IMG/VR virus record: IMGVR_UViG_3300044695_004146
Location: 1 to 28,465 of that record
Direction: 5' to 3' (one strand)
Source: a virus
Taxonomy: Duplodnaviria; Caudoviricetes
DNA: 28,465 nt
Under the pieces are notes generated by a model, which was not told the origin of the DNA, made no database searches, and was given only the letters and a program-made list of their open reading frames with translations. Position 1 is the first letter of the stretch. Each line of letters starts with the position of its first letter. Of the stretch, positions 1 through 8,089 are shown one piece after another. Both the position numbers and the translations under genes were made by a program.

Positions 1-314
1 CAACTGGTGGACGATTACAACTCAACGTAGAAGAAATAATTGCAAGTGATTATAAGTTGAAAGTACTTGATGTGTTGATGAGCAACTTGCCATTAAAAGA
101 TAAAGTTAATGAAGTACGACAAATAGTAACGGATAGTAATGTTAAAGATTACACAGAATTATTTCGATTACTTTTTGACAAAGTTACAGATTATGCTCCA
201 ACAAAAATCCCACAAGCTATTTTGGCAGTTGCAGAGGGACAGTATCGTGATAGTTTTGTAGTGGATAAAGAAATAAATTTCGTCGCAACATTATATAACA
301 TTTTAAATAGTTAA
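1..314 (+). CDS. Clamp loader small subunit (T4 gp44/RFC-small-like), C-terminal part; 5' truncated by window
   Basis: Frame is open from position 3 to the TAA at 312-314, so the track start at 57 is internal. C-terminus AEGQYRDSFVVDKEINFVATL resembles the gp44/RFC C-terminal motif. A gp62-like gene lies nearby. Confidence 0.8.
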   Translation, partial: TGGRLQLNVEEIIASDYKLKVLDVLMSNLPLKDKVNEVRQIVTDSNVKDYTELFRLLFDKVTDYAPTKIPQAILAVAEGQYRDSFVVDKEINFVATLYNILNS

Positions 315-323
315 GAGGTAGAT

Positions 324-629
324 ATGTCAAAGAATCGATTTGGTGGACCACCGCAGCAACCGCAGTTTAATTTTGACATCGCACAGGCCGAGGATGTTAC
401 TTGTGAACGGTGTGAAAATTACACTTTTGAACAAGTCATGCTGATGAAGAAGGTATCGGCATTGGTTTCGCCAACTGGGAAAGAGGCGGTTGTTCCCATT
501 CCCACATTTGCATGTAATGCATGTGGGCATATTAATAAGGGATTCCTTCCAGTAATACCAAAGAGATCTGATACCGAGAATTCAACTGAAACACCTACAC
601 GGAAATCAACTCTGATACTGGAACAATAA
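324..629 (+). CDS. Zn-ribbon hypothetical protein
   Basis: GAGGT SD upstream; two CxxC pairs (CERC, CNAC). Confidence 0.75.
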   Translation: MSKNRFGGPPQQPQFNFDIAQAEDVTCERCENYTFEQVMLMKKVSALVSPTGKEAVVPIPTFACNACGHINKGFLPVIPKRSDTENSTETPTRKSTLILEQ

Positions 630-631
630 TA

Positions 632-1228
632 ATGCCAAGGAAAAAACTAGAAGAGACAATGGACAATCCGAACAGTCAGTTTATTTTTCCATCCACACCA
701 TCGATTAGTGACTCAGGTATCTATTATTTGTGTGACGAATTTAATAGTAACACCGCTAGGAATGTAGTTACTTGGATACTCGATAGTAATTTACAAAAAA
801 ATAAAACTCCAGATCACCTAACACTGATGATTACTAGTTATGGAGGGGATTTGTCCGCTGCATTTGCGATTATCGATGTAATGCGAGGTAGTTCTATTCC
901 TGTGCATACGGTTGGGTTGGGTGTGATTGCATCTGCGGGATTGTTGACATTTATTTCAGGTGTCAAGGGATATCGTACCCTTACACCAAATACTTCCATT
1001 CTTTCTCACCAATGGTCGTGGGGACAGGCTGGCAAAGAGCATGAGTTGATAGCAACCATGCGAGAATTTGAATTGACCACAACACGAATGATTAATCATT
1101 ATAAGAAGTGTACTGGTCTTACTGAAAAATTTATTCGTGAACGACTGCTCCCTCCGCAAGATGTATGGCTGTCACCACTAGAAGCTAAGAAATATAAGCT
1201 ATGTGATCATATAAAAAATATTAAGTAA
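632..1228 (+). CDS. clpP: ClpP-like serine protease subunit
   Basis: ITSYGG, GVIASAG (catalytic Ser), SHQ (His) and DVWLSPLEA (Asp) match ClpP motifs. Confidence 0.88.
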   Translation: MPRKKLEETMDNPNSQFIFPSTPSISDSGIYYLCDEFNSNTARNVVTWILDSNLQKNKTPDHLTLMITSYGGDLSAAFAIIDVMRGSSIPVHTVGLGVIASAGLLTFISGVKGYRTLTPNTSILSHQWSWGQAGKEHELIATMREFELTTTRMINHYKKCTGLTEKFIRERLLPPQDVWLSPLEAKKYKLCDHIKNIK

Positions 1229-1229
1229 T

Positions 1230-2066
1230 ATGGAAGAAAACTTCGTTGATATATCTCGTGTTACTGTTCGTGAAATTAGTAAAGTAGTAGCACGAGATTT
1301 TATCGAAAAATATCATTATACAAAGAAATTTAGTTCTACACGATACGCACTCGGTATTTTCTACAAAGAAGATACCGAGCATGTGTTTTTCGCAGGTGAT
1401 AATGAACAATTGATAGGATGTATGACATACGGTCATCCTGTGAGCAATCGTACAGTAAATTCTATTGTAGATGATTTGGAACTTGACGAAGTATTGGAAT
1501 TAACTAGATTGGTATGTTTGGATGGGTATGGTAAGAATCTGGAAAGCTTTATAATAGCTCAATCATTTGATTGGTTAAAGAAAAATGATTCGCAAGTAAA
1601 AATACTAGTTAGCTACGCCGACCCAGAGCAAGCACATACGGGTGGTATCTATCGGGCAACCAATTGGATATATCAGGGATGTGGTGCATCAAAACTCATG
1701 CCTGATTATAGTTTGAAATTAGAAGAAGATAGTATGTGGATACATTCTCGTTCTGTGTCGGCTAGGTTTGGTAATAAGAATATCCATAATTTGGCAAAGA
1801 TTATTGGTCATACATTTTGGAGAAAAGAAGAAACTGCAAAGCATCGTTATATTTATTTTCTCTGCAATAAAAAAGAAAAGAAACGCATTTTAAATAATTT
1901 GAGAATGCCAATAATGTCTTATGGGGATATCAAAGAAACAATACAACTTATTCAAAAAATTCATGTACACGATGGACTTATTGAAAAGGTAGAAGTATTA
2001 CAAGGTGTAGATAATGGGTGGAAACCACAAAAAATAGAACTACAGGAAAAAATATATGAAAAATGA
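1230..2066 (+). CDS. Mom-like GNAT-fold DNA (adenine) modification protein
   Basis: FIEKYHY, LELTRL and LVSYADPEQAHTGGIYRATNWIYQG are characteristic of Mu Mom-family proteins. Confidence 0.8.
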   Translation: MEENFVDISRVTVREISKVVARDFIEKYHYTKKFSSTRYALGIFYKEDTEHVFFAGDNEQLIGCMTYGHPVSNRTVNSIVDDLELDEVLELTRLVCLDGYGKNLESFIIAQSFDWLKKNDSQVKILVSYADPEQAHTGGIYRATNWIYQGCGASKLMPDYSLKLEEDSMWIHSRSVSARFGNKNIHNLAKIIGHTFWRKEETAKHRYIYFLCNKKEKKRILNNLRMPIMSYGDIKETIQLIQKIHVHDGLIEKVEVLQGVDNGWKPQKIELQEKIYEK

Positions 2067-2505
2067 ACAAACTAAAACAAAAAGTTTATTTGATCATGTA
2101 GATGCAATCTATGCCAATAAAAAAATTGACTATTTTGATACATTGACGGAGGCAGATAAGAAATCCTATAACAATTATATGGTAAATAGATTTCTGAGTA
2201 TGAACATACACCAGTTACCGTTTGTCAATGAATTACAGAAATACACATTGGACACCAAAACTCATTATTTATTTTTTAGTCAATTACTTCCTCGTGGAAA
2301 ACAATTTAACAAATATGTGAAAAAAACAAAAGAAGTGAAATACGAAGATTGGTTGATTAACATAGTGGTTCGACATTTCCAGGTATCAACTTCGGAAGCC
2401 TGCGAGTATCTAGAAATTTATTACAAGCATCATAAATCTTCCTTAAAAGAATTATGTCAAATGTATGGCGTTGATAGTAAACAATTAAAGAAAGCAAAGC
2501 TATGA
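2056..2505 (+). CDS. Clamp loader subunit (T4 gp62-like)
   Basis: YNNYMVNRFLS...VNELQKY...HYLFF...RGKQFNKYVKK pattern typical of gp62 homologs; gp44-like gene upstream. Confidence 0.75.
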   Translation: MKNEQTKTKSLFDHVDAIYANKKIDYFDTLTEADKKSYNNYMVNRFLSMNIHQLPFVNELQKYTLDTKTHYLFFSQLLPRGKQFNKYVKKTKEVKYEDWLINIVVRHFQVSTSEACEYLEIYYKHHKSSLKELCQMYGVDSKQLKKAKL

Positions 2506-2627
2506 ATAATCCAGTATCAAGTTCAGTGGGTTACACTATGAAAGAGATTTTACAGAATCCGCTGTATATACCTTATTTTCCACTTGTGTGGGTAGACGCT
2601 AAAGATTGGGGAATTAAAAATGAGTGA
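2502..2627 (+). CDS. Small hypothetical protein (41 aa; not in ORF track)
   Basis: ATGA overlap with the previous stop; reads MNNPVSSSVGYTMKEILQNPLYIPYFPLVWVDAKDWGIKNE; exactly fills the gap to the next gene. Confidence 0.6.
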   Translation: MNNPVSSSVGYTMKEILQNPLYIPYFPLVWVDAKDWGIKNE

Positions 2628-2874
2628 AAATGGCAAAGGATCAAAAGTGCGCCCATTAAGTGTTGATCAAAAAACATTTTCTAATAATTGGGAACGGGCA
2701 TTTAATAATTCTGTATGCGAATATAGTGGATTACCTAACACAGCAAGTTATGGGGAAATGGATAAGGAATATGCAGAAATACGCGCCTCGGGAGTATTCT
2801 GGGAATTATTTCCTGATTTGACAGGTCATTGGGAAACCGATAAACTTCGATGGAACACGGTACATAAATCGTGA
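2620..2874 (+). CDS. Phage hypothetical protein (GKGSxxRP N-terminal motif)
   Basis: Overlap-coupled ORF; GKGSKVRP...FSNNWERAF resembles a motif seen in small phage proteins. Confidence 0.7.
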   Translation: MSENGKGSKVRPLSVDQKTFSNNWERAFNNSVCEYSGLPNTASYGEMDKEYAEIRASGVFWELFPDLTGHWETDKLRWNTVHKS

Positions 2875-3077
2875 GTATTTATCAAGCAAAGAAAGTGGGA
2901 AACACCGCATCTGGAAATAAATATATTATATTACAAGATGGCCCCAAATCATTTCATATTTCTGTTTCCAATGAAAGTAATACAATATATGATTATTTTT
3001 TTGACCCACCAAATCTAGAGTTTTTGGATAATAATATATTATTATTAGAAACTGAACTTCTGTCAAAAACCCCTTGA
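2871..3077 (+). CDS. Hypothetical protein
   Basis: GTGA overlap with the previous stop; ends inside the terminator-like hairpin. Confidence 0.6.
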   Translation: MSIYQAKKVGNTASGNKYIILQDGPKSFHISVSNESNTIYDYFFDPPNLEFLDNNILLLETELLSKTP

Positions 3078-3097
3078 TTTTTAAGGGGTTTTGTGTT
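3066..3097 (+). terminator. Intrinsic terminator-like hairpin
   Basis: AAAACCCCTT (3066-3075) and AAGGGGTTTT (3083-3092) form a perfect 10-bp inverted repeat with a T-rich tail. Confidence 0.6.
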
Positions 3098-3102
3098 AGA
3101 TT
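3074..3102 (+). promoter_or_regulatory. Sigma70-like promoter
   Basis: TTGATT (3074-3079), 17-bp spacer, TAGATT (3097-3102); upstream of SD GAGG and ATG 3132. Confidence 0.5.
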
Positions 3103-3131
3103 ACAGTATATCTTTCGGAAGAGGAACTACT

Positions 3132-3464
3132 ATGGGGCATGTTAATTATAAAGGATATACACGAGAAGATGCACTTACAAGTGTTGGTTCCGGATGGGCA
3201 CAGTTAATCAATCGTGTGTTCGATAAACTGGCATCTATTAAGGGTACAGTAAAAATTGTACAGGTCAAAGAAAAGTTTGGAGGACTTAGTATCTACACCG
3301 ATTATGGTAATGTCGAACTTGACAAAGTAATTCGTGATGTGGGAATAGAAAGTGTACAGACCTGTGAACAGTGTGGAACCGCTGGTAAGATTCGTGGTGG
3401 TAGTTGGTATAAAACCCTGTGTGATGCACATACAAATAATAGTTCCACAATTAATCCCGTTTAA
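3132..3464 (+). CDS. Conserved phage hypothetical protein, putative Zn-binding
   Basis: SD GAGG at 3121 supports ATG 3132 over 3093; QVKEKFGGL, CEQCG and TLCDAH motifs. Confidence 0.75.
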   Translation: MGHVNYKGYTREDALTSVGSGWAQLINRVFDKLASIKGTVKIVQVKEKFGGLSIYTDYGNVELDKVIRDVGIESVQTCEQCGTAGKIRGGSWYKTLCDAHTNNSSTINPV

Positions 3465-3465
3465 T

Positions 3466-3702
3466 ATGCCACGAAAGAAAAAGGAAAAACTTACCAGTTT
3501 TGAGTTGAAATTCACGGGTAAGATGAGTATATTAATTGAGCAAGAAAATCACGGGCCAATAGAGTTCCGTTTCAACGACATGGATACCGTCATGGCGGTC
3601 GTTCGTGTTATCTTGGATAAGACGGATAATAAAACATCGGTGGATGCATATGATACTCGCACACAAAAAACCTTTACTAAAATTCTGGATAGTATCGAAT
3701 GA
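3466..3702 (+). CDS. Hypothetical protein
   Basis: ATG 1 nt after the previous stop (MPRKKKEK...); ATGA overlap with the next gene. Confidence 0.7.
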   Translation: MPRKKKEKLTSFELKFTGKMSILIEQENHGPIEFRFNDMDTVMAVVRVILDKTDNKTSVDAYDTRTQKTFTKILDSIE

Positions 3703-4607
3703 ATAAGATTAGCTATTCGCAGTATTCGTTGTGGGCAAATTGCCCAATGGCGTGGAAATTAAAGTATGTTGATGGTCATAGATTTGATGATTCGTCAATT
3801 AATACAGTATTCGGTACCGCTATGCACGAAGTCATCCAAGAGTGGCTTGAACAATACTATTACGCGGGAAAGGATACACAAGCAAAGAGTATTGACTTGG
3901 GTGAACCGTTGAAGCAGAAATTCATTACTTTGTTTCAAGAAAATACTACGGTCGATGCAAACGGGAATAAAGTATTCTTGTGTGACAAGAAAACCTTAAT
4001 GGAATTTTACAATCAAGGATGTGAGATTCTATCCTATGTTCAGCAACATCGTAATAAGATTTTTCCTTCCAAGGATACCGTACTTGCGGGTATTGAATAT
4101 CCGATTGAAACAGAAGTTCGTCCTGGTGTGACTTTTATTGGTTATGTCGATATTATCACCAAGAATGAAAAGACGGGTAAGGTTACGATCATCGACTTGA
4201 AAACTGCTCGGGCAGGATGGACACAGGCACAGAAGAGTGACCATATTAAACTAAATCAGATTTTGTTGTATAAGAAGTTTATCTCTGAAAAGTTTAACAC
4301 TCCGTTGGAAATGATTGGAACAGAGTTTATTATCTTGAAGCGAACAATTAGTGAGAATTCTCCGTATCTAATTCCTCGGGTAAGTACCTTCGAACCATCC
4401 AACGGAAAACCGTCAGTTAATCGAGCATGGGGACACATTGAAAAGTTCTTGGATGAATGTTTTGATGGGGAAGGAAATTATCGCACGGATTTGATTACCG
4501 CGACACCCAGCAAAGATAGTTGTAAGTATTGTGTGTATAAGGATAAGGAAGTATATTGTTCCGAATCATTTTACAAAATCAAAAAGGTGAAGGTTGTCAA
4601 TGGCTGA
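3699..4607 (+). CDS. PD-(D/E)XK nuclease, Cas4/RecB/AddB-like
   Basis: SYSQY...CP, FGTAMHEVI, E...GYVDII...IIDLKT, QxxxY and C-terminal CKYC...C (1+3 Cys, Fe-S-type arrangement). Confidence 0.85.
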   Translation: MNKISYSQYSLWANCPMAWKLKYVDGHRFDDSSINTVFGTAMHEVIQEWLEQYYYAGKDTQAKSIDLGEPLKQKFITLFQENTTVDANGNKVFLCDKKTLMEFYNQGCEILSYVQQHRNKIFPSKDTVLAGIEYPIETEVRPGVTFIGYVDIITKNEKTGKVTIIDLKTARAGWTQAQKSDHIKLNQILLYKKFISEKFNTPLEMIGTEFIILKRTISENSPYLIPRVSTFEPSNGKPSVNRAWGHIEKFLDECFDGEGNYRTDLITATPSKDSCKYCVYKDKEVYCSESFYKIKKVKVVNG

Positions 4608-5223
4608 AAATCCAATGGTGAATTATTCTAAAATCATCGCCGAAACAAATAGTAAAATGTTTAATGTTCGGGATGAATATAAGAATAATAGTGTTGAAGA
4701 AAACATTGCCATTTGCAATAAGGAGCACTTGAAGTTCTCCGTGGGATGTATTAATATTACAGGAGAACTCAACATTGGAATGATGTTGCGGTCGGCGTCT
4801 TTGTTGGGAGCAGAAAACTTTTATATCTTTGGACGCAAGAAATTTGACGCTCGTTCCACGGTTGGGGCTGAGAATTATATTAATATCAAGCAAATTGTAT
4901 TTGATGACCCGATTCACGCTGATGAAGAAATGCTACTGTATCTACAGAAATTATATGTTCATCATCACGAAATAGTTATTTGTGAACATGGTGGTGATCA
5001 ATTGGGAACATTTACTTGGAATGATATTGGTATCTATCCACACAAAAATCATACCCCATTGTTTTTGTTCGGGAGTGAAAGTCATGGAGTTCCAGAGATT
5101 ATTTCCAATGAACGTGCGTTTGCAAAAGTCAGTATCGGTCAACGTGGGGTGCTTCGGAGTTTCAATGTCAGTGCGGCAATGGCAATCGTGTGCTGGGATT
5201 ACATCAAGGAGATGGGACTGTGA
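4600..5223 (+). CDS. SpoU/TrmH-family RNA 2'-O-methyltransferase (SPOUT)
   Basis: NIGMMLRSASLLG, LFGSESHGV and SFNVSAAMAI are the three SpoU motifs. Confidence 0.88.
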   Translation: MAENPMVNYSKIIAETNSKMFNVRDEYKNNSVEENIAICNKEHLKFSVGCINITGELNIGMMLRSASLLGAENFYIFGRKKFDARSTVGAENYINIKQIVFDDPIHADEEMLLYLQKLYVHHHEIVICEHGGDQLGTFTWNDIGIYPHKNHTPLFLFGSESHGVPEIISNERAFAKVSIGQRGVLRSFNVSAAMAIVCWDYIKEMGL

Positions 5224-5646
5224 ATAAACGAGAACTATACGAGGCTAATATGAACCTACAATTAGAAGACCTTAAAAAGTCGGCAACGATTGCATGGGAC
5301 GAATTGGATAAGTCTCATGCTGCCCGTGCAAAGTTGCATGATGAATTAGTTATTGCAGAAGGGCAACGAGATCAGGCGCGGGCCGAGCGTGATGCACTGA
5401 AGGCCGAAGTGGACACGCTTCGCGCTCAACACGCGTCGCCGCGCCTGAGGACTACACGTATGTGCACGTACGTGTAGTCCTCAACACGCGTCGCCGCGAG
5501 TGTTGCCTGTTGTGTGTGCGGAGTGCAAAGGCATCGGGTACCTCACGGTGCATTCACTCAGTGCGAACGGGGGCACTGTGACAACTCGCAGGTGTTCATG
5601 CAATGTTTCTCCTTTCCTGATAAATGCCACCGCCGAATTCTGGTAA
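5220..5646 (+). pseudogene. Coiled-coil + CxxCxGxG Zn-finger protein interrupted by a 55-bp insertion (apparent ORF stops at 5477)
   Basis: GTG start overlaps the SpoU stop, with SD AAGGAG. Deleting 5444-5498 gives ...AQHASPRVLPVVCAECKGIGYLTVHSLSANGGTVTTRRCSCNVSPFLINATAEFW* ending at TAA 5644-5646, directly before the next SD. Confidence 0.7.
5425..5498. repeat. 19-bp direct repeat flanking a 38-bp near-perfect palindrome
   Basis: CTCAACACGCGTCGCCGCG at 5425-5443 and 5480-5498; TGAGGACTACACGTA-tGTGCACg-TACGTGTAGTCCTCA at 5446-5483. Confidence 0.95.
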
Positions 5647-5659
5647 AAGGAGAATACAC

Positions 5660-5716
5660 ATGAAAGTTAGAGAACTGATTACAAAACTCCAAGGGTTAGA
5701 CCAAAAAAATCTTTGA
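5660..5716 (+). pseudogene. 18-codon ORF, probably a truncated phage gene remnant
   Basis: Strong SD AAGGAG precedes MKVRELITKLQGLDQKNL*, a common N-terminus type of small phage proteins; stops just after an A7 run. Confidence 0.45.
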
Positions 5717-5768
5717 AATTATTAGGAAATACCGATAATATCTATTATATAGTATTTAAAAGACCCCC

Positions 5769-5798
5769 TTGACAAATCCCCTGTGATTGTATTATACA
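5769..5798 (+). promoter_or_regulatory. Sigma70-like promoter
   Basis: Perfect TTGACA (5769-5774) preceded by AT-rich DNA; -10-like TATTATAC at 5790-5797 (spacing not ideal); intergenic. Confidence 0.55.
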
Positions 5799-5851
5799 AC
5801 AACTGAAGATGTTGTATTTCTTCCCATCCTAAATGTAGTAACGGAGTAAAT

Positions 5852-6172
5852 ATGGAAAATCTTGATGATGATGGTTACCCGACTGATGCAGTATTAGATA
5901 AAATTACGAATTGGTCGCACACGGATAAGTTTGTTCATTTAATGGAATTTGTAAAGGATATTTGGTGGCAAGCGGATTGGGGATGGAGGGAGTATAATAC
6001 CAAAGATTATAACAACCGTGATGAAATTACATACGACATTTCTACAGGTGGGTGGTCTGGTAACGAAAGTATTATTAATGCCCTTCAAGATAACAGATTG
6101 TTTTGGATGTGTTGTTGGGAGCAAAGTAACCGGGGTGGGCATTATATTTTTAAAGTATTAACGGAGAATTAA
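5852..6172 (+). CDS. Phage hypothetical protein (Trp-rich, STGGWSGNE motif)
   Basis: SD GGAG upstream; first gene after the promoter. Confidence 0.75.
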   Translation: MENLDDDGYPTDAVLDKITNWSHTDKFVHLMEFVKDIWWQADWGWREYNTKDYNNRDEITYDISTGGWSGNESIINALQDNRLFWMCCWEQSNRGGHYIFKVLTEN

Positions 6173-6194
6173 ATGTTTCTTAAGGAGAACAAGT

Positions 6195-6428
6195 ATGCAG
6201 AAGCGTGATAGGTTTTTACTAGAACAGATGATGATGAAATGTTGGCATGTTACTGATGATATGGACACGATTTCTGAGTATGTGGCAAACCAGTATTCCG
6301 ACATTCCTACTAAACATGTGGATGCATTGTTGAACATGTTGGTTGGTATGCGAACATTATATGACCAGCGATTTAGTAATACAATGGATTTGTTTGCGGA
6401 ACTCATTAGAAAAGGAGATGTTAAATAA
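6195..6428 (+). CDS. Phage hypothetical protein (DRFxLEQxxxxCW type)
   Basis: SD AAGGAG at 6182-6187; motif resembles small proteins of T4-like phages. Confidence 0.72.
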   Translation: MQKRDRFLLEQMMMKCWHVTDDMDTISEYVANQYSDIPTKHVDALLNMLVGMRTLYDQRFSNTMDLFAELIRKGDVK

Positions 6429-6429
6429 T

Positions 6430-6654
6430 ATGTATGGAATTGACAAATATAAAGAATTGACCTTGACGGCAAGTGCATATAACAGAAAGGTGAATGTTGA
6501 ACTTCCCAAGGACAGTGATGCTAATACCGTGTTTGAGGCATTTAAAACCTTGATGGTTGGTCTGACCTTTAGTGAACACATGTTTAACGATGCGGTAGCA
6601 ACATATTTTTATGAACATGAATTAGACAGGGGTGTTGGGCGGGGTTGTATTTAA
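6430..6654 (+). CDS. Hypothetical protein
   Basis: ATG 1 nt after the previous stop; TAATG coupling to the next gene. Confidence 0.68.
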   Translation: MYGIDKYKELTLTASAYNRKVNVELPKDSDANTVFEAFKTLMVGLTFSEHMFNDAVATYFYEHELDRGVGRGCI

Positions 6655-6983
6655 TGTCAGAATTTTATGGAACCGGTGAAGATTCGGTAGAGGCCATATC
6701 TACTGTACCTTACAGATATCGTGAAGATATCGCACTTCGTGATATTGCAGAATATATTAATGCCACTTATCAACAACACTATTCCCAAAACAATATTCAA
6801 ACCACCGAGTTTGTGATTGACGCTGGACATGGTGTTGGGTTTACAGTCGGCAACATTATGAAGTATGCACAACGCTACGGAAAAAAGAATGGTTATGATC
6901 GTAAAGATATTATGAAGATAATACATTATGCAATTATGCTATTGTATGTTCATGACACACAAATGGTAAATACAGATGAATAA
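6654..6983 (+). CDS. DUF3310-like protein (T7 gp1.7 nucleotide kinase-related)
   Basis: TYQQHY...GFTVGNIMKYAQRYGKK...DIMKIIHY pattern. Confidence 0.75.
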   Translation: MSEFYGTGEDSVEAISTVPYRYREDIALRDIAEYINATYQQHYSQNNIQTTEFVIDAGHGVGFTVGNIMKYAQRYGKKNGYDRKDIMKIIHYAIMLLYVHDTQMVNTDE

Positions 6984-7335
6984 TGTAAAGTTTGTAAAAA
7001 AACCATGGGGGTCTGAAACGATTTGGGCTCATACTGATAGTTATGTTGGTAAGATACTGCATGTATATAGCGGAGAATCGCTTAGCGTGCAGTATCACAA
7101 TTTAAAAGATGAAACCATGTATGTACTTACAGGAAAGGGTATTATCAAGTTTTACATCATGCAAAACGATGAACTGATATTGGATGGTGTACATTTCGTG
7201 AATCCTGGAGATTCCGTGCATATCCCACCAAAACAAATTCATTCAGTTGAAGCATTTGAAGATATGGATATTGTAGAAGTTTCCACCAATCATTTGGATG
7301 ATTTGGTACGACTAAAAGACAGATACGGACGGTAA
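6976..7335 (+). CDS. Cupin, mannose-6-phosphate isomerase (type II C-terminal)-like
   Basis: KPWG, SLSVQYH..KDETMYV, IPPKQIH and EVST motifs. Confidence 0.8.
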   Translation: MNNVKFVKKPWGSETIWAHTDSYVGKILHVYSGESLSVQYHNLKDETMYVLTGKGIIKFYIMQNDELILDGVHFVNPGDSVHIPPKQIHSVEAFEDMDIVEVSTNHLDDLVRLKDRYGR

Positions 7336-7337
7336 TT

Positions 7338-8015
7338 ATGATTTTAATCTTAAGTGATATTCATGGAGATTACAAAACTCTTCAACGAGCCATTGATAAC
7401 GCTAACGAGGTTGGTGCAGCTGCACTGATTCAAATTGGCGACTTTGGATTGTTCCGTGGATTTGGCATGAACAACGAAGAGCAATTTAAAAATGTAGTGC
7501 ATACATCAAACTGTCCAGTGTATTTTATTGACGGTAATCACGATGACTGCACACGGTGGACAACATATACGGAAGTATCACAGGTATATCCAGAACTTCC
7601 ATTGTATTATGTTCCCCGTGGGACGGTTATGGACATTGATAATCGTACAGTTGCCTTCATGGGTGGTGCGGCAAGTATTGATAAGAATATACGATTGCAG
7701 GAAGGGTGGCACTGGGATGAAAACGAAAATATTAGTCCCTTTGAAGTATTACGCATGATGGATAATGCAAAGGACAAACATATTGATATGTTCATTACCC
7801 ATTGTCCTCCACACAGTGTCATTGAAGAACATTTTGACCCCAGAGCAAAACTGCAATTCGGTGTAGGATTGGATTGGCATGACCATAACCAAGATATCAT
7901 TGAAAACATTTGGCATGCACTTGGAACTCCTATGGTATATTCTGGACACATGCATAGAAAGGTGGAAGGAATGACATATAGAATTTTGGATATAAACGAA
8001 CTTTTGGCAGTTTAA
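7338..8015 (+). CDS. Calcineurin-like metallophosphoesterase
   Basis: SDIHG, GDFG, GNHD, THCPP and GHMH motifs. Confidence 0.88.
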   Translation: MILILSDIHGDYKTLQRAIDNANEVGAAALIQIGDFGLFRGFGMNNEEQFKNVVHTSNCPVYFIDGNHDDCTRWTTYTEVSQVYPELPLYYVPRGTVMDIDNRTVAFMGGAASIDKNIRLQEGWHWDENENISPFEVLRMMDNAKDKHIDMFITHCPPHSVIEEHFDPRAKLQFGVGLDWHDHNQDIIENIWHALGTPMVYSGHMHRKVEGMTYRILDINELLAV

Positions 8016-8044
8016 TTTATAAAATTCGTTGTTTTTCATAAACA

Positions 8045-8082
8045 TCTCCATATTTATACTATAGATGGTCTATAGAGGGAGA
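8045..8082 (+). promoter_or_regulatory. Putative late promoter (TATTTATA) within an SD-sequestering hairpin
   Basis: TATTTATA 8051-8058; CTATAGA-tgg-TCTATAG stem 8059-8075; TCTCC (8045-8049) complementary to SD GGAGA (8078-8082). Confidence 0.4.
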
Positions 8083-8089
8083 GACTATT

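Noticed and set aside
3699-4607. CRISPR-associated cas4
   Set aside because: No other cas genes or array; solo Cas4-like nucleases are common in phages.
5425-5498. Minimal CRISPR array (19-bp repeat, 36-bp spacer, repeat) near a Cas4-like gene
   Set aside because: Only two units, repeat shorter than typical CRISPR repeats, the 'spacer' is itself a palindrome, the repeat is coding sequence, and there is no leader or cas1/cas2.
5717-5851. tRNA or structured ncRNA in the largest intergenic gap
   Set aside because: No cloverleaf or T-loop motif seen; content is explained by an AT-rich promoter region. A covariance-model search was not possible.
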